This document shows positions 36,191 through 49,597 of a stretch of DNA of 64,000 nucleotides, piece after piece; within the stretch, counting starts at the first letter, position 1, and each line of letters begins with the position of its first letter. Both the position numbers and the translations under genes were made by a program. Source of the DNA: Zancudomyces culisetae HAW-14-8 (taxonomy: Eukaryota; Fungi; Kickxellomycota); NCBI GenBank assembly GCA_052426225.1, contig JBNJNM010000008.1, positions 1,240,001 to 1,304,000 on the forward strand. Reading direction: 5' to 3'. The notes beneath the pieces are model-generated. The model did not search any database. It saw only the letters and a list, made by a program, of their open reading frames with translations, and had not been told where the DNA came from.

Positions 36191-39100
36191 ATGTCGATGC
36201 GCGGTTTGAAAGTCTTTATTAAAGATTTGAGGAATTGTAAGAGCCAAAATGTATATATTCGGCAAAATATAGAATGATGGTTTGTTTTGGTGCCAATATT
36301 TAGCCAGACCTACTAATAAAAACCCTATTTAAAAAATTTTAAAGGCAAAACCGATGAGGAGGAACAAAAGCGAGTCAACAAAGAGTTGGCAAATATAAGG
36401 GCAAATTTCAAATGTAACTCACCTCCATACTTTCCTATTATCTTATTCTTTTTATATTCGATTATTAGTTCAAAACTTAAGCAAAATACTTATTGGTATG
36501 AGAAACTAACTTTACTAAATAAATGTTAGCAATGACGTTGAATGGCTACAACAGGAAAAAATACATATCCAAACTGATATTTCTAAGTCTAGCGGGGTAT
36601 GATATCGATTTTGGCGAAAGAGAGACCGTGGAGCTGCTTAGAAGTAAAAAGTATTCAGAAAAACGAATGGTACGCAACACTAAAATTAGATATTTACCTG
36701 CAAAAAAAAAATCGGACTAAAACCAAAAGCACATGGGTTTATAAGTGGTTTAACTTGTACTAAACAGAGATATGATAACTTAGGGATATCTCTCGTTATC
36801 AATGATACTTGGAAATAAGGGAAAGTATCAGAGAGAAACCAAGGATGCCATAGAGGCTGATCTGGAGAGTGGAAAGGATATGGATATCTGTTTGGGGTTA
36901 GGGGCAATTTCCATCTATAATGATCTGAGTTTTTTAACAAAAGTTACACCAATGATATATAAAATCATAACAGAGCATAAAGACGGCTTGGAGTCCAGTG
37001 TCACAAAAAAGGCGATACTGTGTCTAACTAAAATTATCCGTGAGAACCCAAAGCTGATAAAATCGAGAGAATGGTGTGGGTCTCTTATTGAATGTATTAG
37101 GAGCAGTGATTTGGTAAGTTTATTCCTGGGTCAGTTAGCTTTGCAGTTTGAAAACGAATAGCCCAACGTTATACAAACAAATTGAAAGACTAATGTTTGA
37201 TAATGATTATAGGGTGTGGCAACATCCGCAGGATCTCTGGTATCTGTACTGGCACAGCACAAACCAGAATGGTGTGATAGAGCAGTGGAACTTATTCTTC
37301 GAAAACTTGAGGGGGTAAGCATCATATATCATGTTATAATACGTAAAATGTTGTGGAAGTATTGAAACTACTTGTCATACTTCGAATAACTTGTTAATAG
37401 TTTAGAACGATACCAACATCAGCACCAACTTTGTTTTTTGTTAAAAAAATAGCTTGTGATAGGAGTTGAGAACGAATTTGATGGAATATACTACAGCATT
37501 GTAGCACCATGGTTGCAAATAAAACTATTTAAAGTACTAGGGTATCTAGAAATTCCAGGTTAGATATCTTGTTCTTGTACTATGCATGCTAAATTATTTC
37601 GTAGATATTCCTAAAACTAACTCTAGAAACATAGCTGAATAAACCTCAAACTCATTCTGTTTTATTTCTTGTAGACAATGAGTCCTTGCAAAAGAGACTT
37701 TCCAAGGTAATTGAACTTGTATACAAACAGGCTCATGACAGTAACAAAAACTATCAGTTCCGGAACGCACGAGATGCAGTAATACTTGAGGGAATAAACG
37801 TGACTATACACAACAAGGCTGACAAAAGGATGGTAAAATTGAGTTCGAAAATATTAGGGAGCTTTATTACACATGGAAATGCTAACAGCCGGTACTTAGG
37901 ATTGGATACTATGGGATACTTGGCATTAAAACATCCAGGACTTCGTGTTTTTGACAAACTCAAAGACAAGATCTTTTTGTTTTTAAGGGATAGGGACGAA
38001 AGCATTCAGCGAAGAGCATTGGATCTGTTATTCTCCTTATGCACGCTGGAAACCGCAAAAGAAATTGTCGAAGAGTTGATGGGACGTCTTGACACCGGAA
38101 AAAGGGGTTTTAGGGTGGAATTGGTAACCAAAATAGCAGTTCTCACAGAGCGGTTTGCCACAGAATATACATGGTATGTGGATGTGATGTTTCGTCTGAT
38201 TGATGAAGCTGGAGATTCTATAGACAAGGATCTTGTGAATCGAGTGATTCAAGTTATTTTGGCCAACGAGGAGCTCCAGCTTCATGCTGCACGGCTTTCT
38301 TTTCAATATCTTTCGTTATCGTTAAAAAACACTACCAACGCAAAGATTATCTACGTTTACTTGTTGGGTGAACTAGGTTCGATTATTTCAGAGGAATGTC
38401 CCCCATCGCAACAGGTGGATGTAGTTAAACAAGCAACAAAGTTTTATTCACCTGGCAATGGTGGTGCTAGCCTCAGCAGTAATGCCAGCGAAAGCGAGAA
38501 GGACAATTTTAGAGCCATTTCCGCAACATATTTTGCCAAAGCTGCGGCGAACTTTCCAAACCTGTATGACGAATGTATTTCAGGTCTCTTGGTATGCGGT
38601 GAAACGAATAGTGTGGAAGTACAAACAAGAGTTGGTGAATACATGGCGTTGATTAATACTAAGGATTCAGTGTTGATCAGCTCTGTATTTGAAAAAGTTC
38701 CTCCAGCACCAGACTCTAAGTCGACATTGATTTCTAGATTAACCACCAAGAAAAAGTCTAGGGTGGGTGACCGCCGCACCTGGATTCCTGGTGAACATGT
38801 ATTTAACCTTGAAAGCGCTCAACCCAATTCTTGGGCTGCTATCCTCGAGCCGACTATTGCCATCAGGTCCGCTCACACTACCAGCCCTGTTACCTTCCAC
38901 CCAAATTTTGATTTTTCCACGTTTCTTTTAAACTTCAATACCCTTCTGTCTACAAAAGCTGGCGTTCTATTCTCCAACGATTTTATCGACCTCACCTTTA
39001 AAGCCACGTTAGAGTCATGCTCCATATCACTACTTCTCTCATTTACAAACAAATCTAATGAGTCTCTTTTGGAGTTTTCTGCTGCTATAGATACCACAGC

Positions 39101-39764
39101 GCCTAAAGCTTTATCACTTACAACTCCTGTTGACCTTCCTCAATCCGCCTGTCTTTATCCAAACTCGCCGATAAATCTCTCCTTTGTCCTTGAATGTTGC
39201 GGCTTCTATGTCCCTGCCCCAATACTCAGATTTAAATACCTTGCTACCTCTCTTGACTCATATTCTGATTTTTCCCTTCCTTTACCCATTCTTTTCCTTA
39301 GTTTCAATGAGCCTGTATCGTTATCTGCACCCGATTTTCAAACTCGATGGAGCCAACTTGACGCAACTAGCTACGAATCGTCCACAGTTTTTAAACCGCG
39401 CCTAAATTCTAAACAACTATCTACCTCAAAGTCTTCCCACTCTGCTGCCAATCTCAAAGAGTCAGCTGCCACAATCTCTTCTCCTTTATTCGAGCCCAGA
39501 AATACCACCACTCCTGAGGAAACTGGTTCCGAATTTATACACTTCGCCAAGTCCACTATTTCTAGCCTTGGTTTCCATTTGGTCTCGAGCTCAATCGATA
39601 CAAATATCGATGCTGTCAGTATCTTTTCAACATCTTCCTCTGGAAAGTTTGGGTGTTTGCTTAGGCTTAACTATTCTTCCAATTTCTGTAGCTTTACTGT
39701 CCGTTCAACCTACCCCGACTTATCTAAAAATGTCATGCATACGATTAAAGGTCTATTTTCCTGA
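36191..39764 (+). CDS. APL3: AP-2 adaptor complex alpha subunit; exons 36191-36236, 36345-36413, 36530-36669, 36784-37113, 37213-37314, 37453-37558, 37675-39764
   Basis: MRGLKVFIKDLRNC..EE.KRVNKELANIR; KYSEKRMGY; APWLQIKL; RRALDLLF; KIAVLTERFATEYTWY; ear platform FGCLLRL. Confidence 0.93.
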
Positions 39765-42644
39765 TTTCGCACCGTAAATCACATGTCTGATATTCTAGCT
39801 CCCTGGAGATGTATTTGCTTTTTTGATTCTTCCTACTCTTGTCCAAATAACTGTGGTTCCATCATCTTTTCTATATAAATAAATAAATAAATGCTTGGTC
39901 AAAGATACCTTGCATATAGATGCCAATGAAAGCCCTGAACCTGGTTAAATGCTGGGACTCTATACGTGTGTACCCCAACCGGCATATCTAACTATTAGTA
40001 TGAAGAGAATATCATATTATATCTCTTTTACACCTTTATCATATGTTTTTTCTTTTTTAAAACTCTAACCTTCTCATCTCTTTTACACCTTTTCATTTTT
40101 TTCATATTAAAAAAATCTAGACCATATAAATTCAATATTTTTCTTTAAATAAACATGTTATCAACTGGACAAATATTATAAACGGCAAATAGACAGATAT
40201 AACAGTGTTTTATTCATTAAAGCCATACATTAAATGGTACAAATGGATGTTGCACCATCTACCTAACAAAACAAGTAGACTAAGCAGTCTACACAATGTT
40301 ATCACCAAAGGGACAACGACTATTTTGGTGTTCTGATTACAGTTAACGGGCATAATACAATACAATTTTTCTCCCATTCCTTTTCGTGGATCATACTTAT
40401 TTTAGTTTTATCCAGTATTCCATCTGAATGCTTAAATTTTCTACAAAATATGCGATACTCGCTTTTACCAGATTTTTCTCTGCCATCACCACTATTGTTG
40501 ATGTTGTTGTTACCACGACCCATGGTGGAAGCATGGGTTTTCAATAGCGGTGGTGACGGAAATGAAAGCACTACGCTTTTGGGTTCAAGAATAATGTTCT
40601 TGATATCCCATAATATCGATTGTATTCTACTTGCTCTGGCTTTTTGAGGCCTTTCATTGTTATCTCGTTTAGGAGATACATTTTTGGGCGAGAGTTGATT
40701 TCCTTTGTTGTTTGTCTTATTGCTGTTTGCATTGTTTTTTTTTCTGGTGAGGTGTTCGCTCATCCTCGTTTTTTTTTTGTTACCTCGGTTTTCACAACTT
40801 TTATTTATATATATATATTCTAAAGAGTATACTTTCAACCAACTATATTCAGTGGTATACTCGAATAAATTTTATTCCTCGGTAAAAAGACCTTTTTATT
40901 TTTGAGTGAAAATCCATTTGAGTTTGTACATATAGCTTTTTCAGGAGTTGGTACAAACGAACTATACGTGGTGTTTTTAGCTTTGAATTTTACTTTGTTT
41001 TATTTTATTTTTGTTGGAGTGCTTTAGCGTAATTGGTATACCAGATGGAGTAGAAAAGTAAAGATGAAACTAGATTATATAATGATAATATTCTAACTCG
41101 GTACCCACACACCTTACCGCATTACTTACAAAAGATATTTTAAAGCGCCTAACACACGTCATGCATCTTTGTTTTGTTTGAGCTACCCACGACAAAGTAG
41201 CAAAAGTACCACTTAAACCCACATACGTGATGCGATTGATGTGATTCCTTACGTGACAGAATACAGCGACTGTGCTATGATGTCACCTTTATTCTTTCAG
41301 TGCTGCAAGTTTGTATAGCGGTGCATATTTATTTTTTAGTTAAATGCCTGCTGTACTAAAAACTAAAACAAGTTTCGCTTAAAAGAAGCTAAAACCTAAT
41401 CCCGCATTCTTGTCTTATAAAACTTGAGGGTGCAGCTCACCTGTCTAAGACATAAGTCATTTATTCCAATAAATACTAACAAGAGAGAATATGTATCGTG
41501 GGATAATCCTAACTCGAAGAGGAATGGGGGAAAGAGTAAAGAGTGGAGTTGATTAGCGGAGTTTCATTTTACATTTTTCACTTTTCACTTTCCATTTTTC
41601 TTTTTTCGCTTTTTTGGTCTTTTTTGCATTTCATTCTCCACTACAAATTTCAAAATTTTACTTCTTAATAGCTTATTTGTCTGCTTTTCTTTTCAAGTGT
41701 TTTAGGTTCGTGGGTCATGCTTTAATGCCTAAAAAAATAGAGTGGAGACAATACTCGCTTTCCAGCAGACTCAAGCCAAGTTATAAGCAGTCTTCCTAAT
41801 CCCGTTATGCGCGAGTAAAAGCATATATGTGTAATAACGCCAAAGAAAGTGCAAGTACACTCTTACTATGCAGTCGCTTTTGGTGTTTTTTTTTTCGAGC
41901 ATTAGCTATTATGGACACCAAATAGCTTTATGGTGAAAATACACTCACGTTCAATCACAGGAACGGTCATCCTTCGTTTGCCAATATGAATTGTGGTATC
42001 GATTGTAAAAATTTAACGATTTATAGTACATATTTTGCTGGGTTTTTACAAATAAGTACAAAGGTAATAGTGCTTATTTGAAATGTGTATTGGTGTAAAC
42101 ACACATGAAATCTTTTTTTAGGGTATTTAACTGGTTAAACTATTGGGGGTGCACAATTCAGCTTTCTCTACTTTATACTAGCTAGAACAAATGTGATCTT
42201 AGTAATACTCCAGCCACAAAAGCTGTCAACAAACATCTCAATCTAGCCACTGCCCCCACTTAACACCTATAACAACACGAAATGGTACACTATAGCTTTG
42301 ATGCACTAGGTTACAGCTGCACGAAGACTAGGTTGTAATAAACCTTCTTTAAGTATTGGCGTATTTACATTGTAAAGGGATGGGATTGGTATATCAATAT
42401 TCACCAATACATTCGTTCAAGAGTGTTCGTCAATTCGCCTTCACTCAAAAATTGCCGTTATGTATCGCGTTGTGAATCCAGGTTTTTTTTTGGCGTGGTG
42501 ATTTAATTGGATATAACGTCTCCTCTTTTGCTTTTCGATCTGTTCTGCAACGTAAAAAAAATATCGAGTAAAAATTTTTTAACGTGCTTAGAAAAGAGGA
42601 AAATTAGCTTTCTTGTTTATCTGTTAAATGGAATCTAAATTGTA

Positions 42645-44399
42645 ATGAAAAATTCGATTCTTAAAGAGGGAAAGAGGATAAATTCGATTGTAAAAATGAT
42701 TGAATTTAGTCTTATCTCCGGAAAAGAGAGCGGTAGCATCGAAGGAACCACCGAGATTGTTGGAAACGAATTTAGACGTGGCGAACTAAAGATAAATCGA
42801 GAAAATAGGGATGCGGTGTGTTCAGAAGACATAACTGAAATCAAACTGGAGACTCCATGTTTTTTTAAATATACAAAACTCGGGCTACAACCGCACACAC
42901 TACCGGATATTGCTGCAAAAGATACTAATGCTGCTGTTTATCAATTAAACTTGGAAAATTTGTAAGCCTAAAGACATTATTTTCGTACAACTCCGTGCTA
43001 TTTTCTAGTAAATGTACTTCTGGAATCGTACTGATAGCTTTTTTCTTATTTTTTTAAAAAAATAGTATGGAGGATGAAAAGATGCCGTTCTTGAAGTATG
43101 AAAAAGGAATTAATGAATTTGTTGGGATGGATGAAAAAGGGATAAGTCTGTTGAATATAATGGATCCTCTAACCAAAAATCGTCAGTACATACCATCAAA
43201 TCAATTTATATCCATACAAACAAAGGCAGGAATACGAAAATTAACACCAGAGTTGTATGCCAAGGTTTTGGATAGCTTTAAGCCCGATATATACATTGGG
43301 ATGGCTGATTTTATTTACAGAAGCGGAAACGAATTGGCAGATGTTTCCAAAAAACGCATAGAAAAGTCAGTGGAGCGATCTATTAAATGGCTAGACGCTA
43401 ATCTGCAATTAAACAAGGTTTGACATTCTATTAACCATTGATCTCGCTTATTCATCATCATATTTCTTTAAAAATCTTATGGAAAATTAAAAACATCGAT
43501 TAAAGAGAACAAAAATATACAAACTAGGGATCTGTTTTTGGATGTTTGATGGGCTTCACAAACAAGGAGAGTAGGATAGCGTATGCTCAAGAACTTTCAA
43601 AACGCAACATAGGGGGGTTGACTTTAGTAGACAATATGATTCCTATGGATGTGAAACAGCAAATAGAGCTGGCTAAGGTTTCCTTTTCTGTTCTCAACAA
43701 TGAACTACCTAGGTTCATGCCACTTACGAGTTCGCCTGACCAGGTTGTGTATTCTATCTCGCATGGAATTGACATATTTCTATCTACTTACCCCTATGCT
43801 GTCACAGAGCAAGGTTTCGCTTCAACATACTCGTTCCTAATCTCTGATGAGAATAAAGTTACAAAAAAAAAAAGAGACAAAAATAGACCTATGGAAACCT
43901 GAATACGCCTCTGACTTCAGTCCTTTACTACAAGGCTGCCAGTGCTTTACATGTAAAAACCATACCAAGGCTTATATTTACCATCTCTTGGCCTGCCAGG
44001 AAATGTTGGCTACAGTTTTGCTTCAAATGTATGTAACACACTTTATTTTACGATATGTTCTTTGCTTTGTATATGCTTAGCCCTAAAAGGCTAAATGTGC
44101 GATTTATACCACGATATTAACTATTTATCATACTATTTGTTAGACACAATATGCAAGTGTATTCCGTGTTTTTTGATGAGATAAGGAGTTCGATTTCTAA
44201 TGGGACGTTTTCAGCAGACTCAAAAGAGTTTCTGGAATTCTATGGTTCTCCCATTTTAACTTCACAGATAGCAGATAAACCATTTCCCAATGGCATAGAG
44301 GTAACAAATTCACCATTTAATGAATTGGCTTTACTGCTCTCACAAACGGCTACTCCGACCACAAAAGAAAAAGTAAAGCGCTTTACTGCCGACTCATAA
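42645..44399 (+). CDS. QTRT2: Queuine tRNA-ribosyltransferase accessory subunit (QTRT2/QTRTD1-like); exons to 42961, 43066-43417, 43528-44028, 44144-44399; apparent frameshift in A11 run at 43863-43873
   Basis: ETPCFF.YT..G..PH; KRIEKSVERS..W; GIDIF...YP; CQCFTC..HTKAYIYHLL...EMLA.VLL.IHN Zn site. The start may be ATG 42696. Confidence 0.88.
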
Positions 44400-46287
44400 C
44401 CATCTTTTCACAAAAACCATAAAAAGTCAATTCGTCCCTTTTTTTAAATTTTTTTGATATTTTTTTTGATATTTTTTTTTGAGCTGTATAAAGTTGGGCT
44501 TTCTAGGGTAATGTACACCTCAAGTTGAAAAAATAGTAAACTGTCTTTAAGTTTTAACTTTAATATATTCATTTTATGTTTTATTTATACTTATTCCATC
44601 ATAATTCCAAACGAGTTCCGAAAATCGCACAATATCACGCTATGTTTATGCATGTCTGATTCACCCGCCCTCAAAAAAACTTGAAAAAAAGAAGTTGAAT
44701 GGTGAGAACACGAATCATAATAAGTACAAAACCATTCGCTTTATTTAGGTCAAAACTGACGAAAAGCTTTGATAAATTGAGATCGCATAGAGGTGATGTT
44801 CACTAACATGAGATACTGACAAAGAGGGTTGAAAGCTGCCTATTACTAATATTATTTTTTTTCAAGTGACAATTGTTAACTCGTAATCAACACAGCTAAA
44901 CCTGAACCACAACACTGTTTAAAAACAAAACGCTAAACACAATCTGGTACACTTCCACCTCTAATAGAATCTACTATTATAGGATCCGACGTACCAGGTA
45001 CATCAATATAATGTAAGAACTAAAATACCAGATGCTTGTTACTGGGCAGAGAATATAAAAATTTGAACACAAAACATGGTGCGTTGCTGCCCACCTCATT
45101 TTTAGTTAATATTCCACAAATACTAAATTTACATTAATGTACAAAAACCCATAAGGTTTGCCACTATATAAAACATTCGCTGCATTATTCTTACTTGATA
45201 GAAAGTAGTTTTACATGTGGCCTCTATTTTTTTTTATGGAGTTCACAGATGTATTGAATGGGTGATTTAACATCCCAAACTGGCCAAAGGGTGGGGGCAT
45301 TCTAATAATGTTTTCGTTATATTTATTGTTTTTTTTAATTACTACTAACCACTGATGTGTCCAAATGTTTGCTAATTACAATAACTGGCAGGTTAATAAA
45401 ACCTAGCAATTTCATTTATGCTAGCCAAACTAAAACTCTTAGGTACTAGTAGTACATACGAGTAATTATTGAATAAAAAACGCTATGTATCTTAACTGGC
45501 AGATTATGAGCTAAATCTCACAGACATTCCAAGGTTTATTAAATTGCAATTAATATAATTCGGCAAGGTATCCTTGATATTTTTTTAAAGGTAGCATTTA
45601 ACAGGATAAGCAATATTAAATCTATTCGGAATAATGTCTAAAAAGCCATAGTAACCAATATCTTTAACCACAACTTATTTATGAACACTCCTTTCTATCT
45701 TAAAAATAATCTTAAATGAGTGTTTCAGAATTTTGCGCTGATAGGTACAATAGCTTTGAGATGACCTTATTAAAATACTCTATGTACCAGCAAAATACGA
45801 TGCTGAAAGTCTAATACAAAATTTTCATGTAAAACATAAGTATCCACCTGTAGTGGATAGTTGGAACGGGAATAAACACTCGCATTGGCTAGTAAGCTTT
45901 TTTTCTTTACAAAAGGTTTGCAAAATTGATCTCAAGTACCCTCTGTATTACATCGTTTGACTGTGGGGTCGTCCTATAGCAAGTTTAGAATCCTACTGAT
46001 GAATTAAAATTTTAATATTATTGTGGAGAATCCTGATAAATAAAGAAAATTAGTAAAAATACACTAGTTGAGTTGTTAAAGCAAAAGTCAAGTGCATAAA
46101 GATGTTAGAGACTTATAGCTCATAGTATGATATATAAATTATATATAAACCATAGGGATACTTTCACCTCAATTAAACCTTAGGTTCATCAAACTTAAAG
46201 CATTGTTCTTTTATTATTAGCATCATCATTGTATTTTGCATTATCATTCACAAAAAAAAAAAACAAAAGTAAATTGAAGTAACAACG

Positions 46288-47205
46288 ATGAAGTTTTTGG
46301 AAAAAGTCACATTACTCGCTGGTATCTCAGGAATGATGCTCAGCACAGTATCAGCTAGAGCTATCAAGCGTAATGATCAAAATCAGGGTATGGATAACGA
46401 TTTGTACAATGCACTTGCTGACCAGATGGTCAAAGGCAACGGAGGAATGATGGCTGGACTTGACGGGTACAGATTGTTCAGGCAAGCTACTGACACAGCC
46501 ACTGCCACCGACACAGCCACTGCAACTGATACATCCACTGATACCACTACAGTCACCGATACTAGCACAACCACTGCAGCTTCGTCCACTGATACCACCG
46601 CAGCTTCATCCACTGATACCACCGCAGCTTCATCCACCGATACCACTGCAGCTTCATCCACTGCAGCTTCATCCACCGCAGCTTCATCATCCGCTTCCAC
46701 CACAGCTACAAGTACTTCAACTGCAACTTGCAGACCTCCTCTTTTCAGCGGACCTGAAGTGCCATATATCGCAAATATTCTAAGAACACTAAACGCCCCT
46801 CGTGTTCCTACTAGGCTGACTGCTGCCCAAGTTCAAGCAATTAGACAAGTGCTTCTTGATTACCTTATTAACCTTGTTGCTAAACTCAAGGCCGGTGTTG
46901 ACCTCCCAGTATGCTCTGGATCCTCAGCATCTTCCACAGCAGCCTCATCGGCCTCATCAGCCACATCAGCTACATCGGCCTCATCAGCTACATCGGCCTC
47001 ATCAGCTACATCGGCCTCATCAGCCACAACTGCTACCACAGCCGCTGCCACAACTGATACCACAGCCGCCGCCACAACTGCTACCACAGCCGCTGCAACA
47101 ACTGACACCACAGCCGCTGCAACAACTGACACCACAGCCGCTGCCACAACTGATACCACAGCCGCTGCCACAACCGATACTACAGCCGCTGCCCCAGGTC
47201 TCTAA
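46288..47205 (+). CDS. Secreted Thr/Ala/Ser-rich mucin-like protein with a central Cys-bracketed helical domain
   Basis: Signal peptide; KR site; TDTATA, STDTTAAS, SASSAT and TTDTTAAA repeats; ATATATAAA upstream. Confidence 0.88.
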   Translation: MKFLEKVTLLAGISGMMLSTVSARAIKRNDQNQGMDNDLYNALADQMVKGNGGMMAGLDGYRLFRQATDTATATDTATATDTSTDTTTVTDTSTTTAASSTDTTAASSTDTTAASSTDTTAASSTAASSTAASSSASTTATSTSTATCRPPLFSGPEVPYIANILRTLNAPRVPTRLTAAQVQAIRQVLLDYLINLVAKLKAGVDLPVCSGSSASSTAASSASSATSATSASSATSASSATSASSATTATTAAATTDTTAAATTATTAAATTDTTAAATTDTTAAATTDTTAAATTDTTAAAPGL

Positions 47206-49597
47206 TTTTTTTTAGTGTGATCCATTCATTTTTCTGCTAAACATTTATTTACTAGTTTCAGTTTTGAAAGTTTTGAATAATACCGCTATTTAATAAAGCT
47301 TGACGTCAAATAAAATTTATTTGACTTTTTCATGTCGCGTTTATAGAGCACTGTTACACACTATACTTAATGTCAAATAGGTATTACCACGCACTGTGAA
47401 TATATGGGAGATGACATTTATTTTAACTGTAAAGGCATGTAAATGTATTAATATGGATATTTAAATACACGAGACTCATACAGCGGGTTCTGTACAGAAT
47501 TGGCAAATATTACATGTTCTAGTTATGACCAACCAAAGGAGGGTTGGGTTGCTGGTACACTTTTATCAACATTCTAACTTTAGCTTTTATCAGCGTGTAA
47601 TATTTTTTTTGTGCTTGGGCTTTAAAAGCTCAGACATACGTATCTTGAGGATATTGTTCGTGTTATTAACATAGTGTATTTGTAAGTGAAAAAAATATAT
47701 AAATGAAGCGAGTTTATGGAGTAGTAGCGCACTTGGCTGCAATTACAAATCGATACCTGATTTCTGAATATGTGAATAGGTGGGCCTCTAGCGAAGGTCA
47801 AACCATTTCTGATAATGATTCAGTAAACCTCTTTAGGGAAAAGCGTGTACATTGATTTTTTTATTTGTAAAAAGGACCCAACTTTGTTTTTTTATCTGTA
47901 CTTTATTTCAGTTTTATAATATCATAAACGATATATTAGTGCTAATTCGATAAATGTTTCTAAACCCTTGGGCAAGACTGTTATATTTTCAACATATTTT
48001 TAGTCGCCTAGTTTATGGCTTTGTATATTAAATGTACGCGTAGTGCATATATTAGTTTCACAGCAGTATTCCTAATATCTGGTTTTTTGGGTGATATTGG
48101 TTTTCAGCTTTTCAACTCTCCAACTATAAACTGAAGCTTTCTTCTTCCCATCATACCTTAAAAAATGGCCACGAGTATTTCATCCCCCTCATATAATTTT
48201 CATTATTGAGATGCATGACCCAAATTCCATACTTAAAAATAGTACTATAAATAATTATTTCATTCAAAATTAACACATTCTCCACATATTAAAAAATGTA
48301 ATTGAAACAAGTTCAATCAATTTCCATTACTCTTGGAGAAACAATTTTTTCCATTTCCGGGGCTTTAATGCTCAGGTTCTAAATAGTATTGTCTTTATTC
48401 GAAGTGCAACTTTGACAATAGTTGAATAATATCTGACTTTTTACAATAAAATTCCTTAATTGCAATATTCCCGTCAATCTACTGTATGAATATGATATGG
48501 TCTGCTACTAGAAATAATACTTGAAATGCTTTAAAAATTTAATTATTTGTCTGACTTTTAGCCTAATAACTTTACCCAAAAACCGATATAGTAAGGCATG
48601 CTGAGCTGGAAATTAAAATTACAATTCTAAATATTAGAGATTGAACATACTATAAAGGATATTTATAAAACTAAAAATAATCCAAGCATTTTTCTACTCC
48701 GCTAATAGTTTGGCTTAGTTCAAGAAAGAATACAATTAGATCAAATGTTGAATTTCACAACTATGTTGGAGTTGGTTCAAGCATGGGACTTTTCCTTTCC
48801 TTATTATTAACGCGGCTATCCGCTTAATGTATTTTACTTTCCAAGTATTGATAACACTTGTGGTTTTAATGTAGACAAAAATAGACACCGTATTGAACCG
48901 AAGGAAAATAAACATGTTGAGATAGATGAATTATACCTTTTCTAATTAAATGTTAAGTTGGAGGATTAGTTGATGTGGAATCTAATCTAATTATTATATT
49001 AGTATTGTGTTAGCATCTATTTGTTTGAACTACCACGTTATAACCAAACATTAAACATATAATAAAGTAACAAAATACTATCTGTGAAAAGGCCAAAGTT
49101 AAAACAAAAGAACAAGCATCATTTGCAATCCATAAAAGCTAGTGTAATAACAAAGCAGGTACAAAATCTCAAATAGCGCAAAAGCGAAACGTCTAATATA
49201 TTGATATACTGCTACACAGATAAAAAAAAGAACAATTAGGAGGATATTAAAAACAATATAATTGGAGTCAAAAGTGGCCTGTGTACCCAGTATTAAGCTG
49301 AATTTTGGAAATACATCAACGATTTAACGTAGAAAGGAAGTATAGCAAAAACCACGGACTGTTTGGGTTAAATTATATACCACCACTGACATTACCAGTT
49401 TAAAGTCAAGCACAAGGGGTTATTTAGAAATTTTTACCAACTGTAAATATTAAGAGTGATTTCATACAAGCGGGAATATAAACATAGTTTGAACATTAGC
49501 ACATGATAGGCGCCATAACTGTACAAGAGGTATAAGTAGCAACCGAAAATATACACAACATATACCAACATACAATTATTAATTAACTTGTAATACC

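Noticed and set aside
40320-40838. 172-aa minus-strand ORF
   Set aside because: Low-complexity K/N translation of T-rich DNA with no recognisable motif. A short gene from the internal ATG near 40523 cannot be excluded.
46383-47215. Alternative-frame Pro/Gln and Val/Ala repeat ORFs
   Set aside because: Other-frame readings of the mucin-like gene's repeats; only the 46288 frame has a signal peptide and spans the whole locus.
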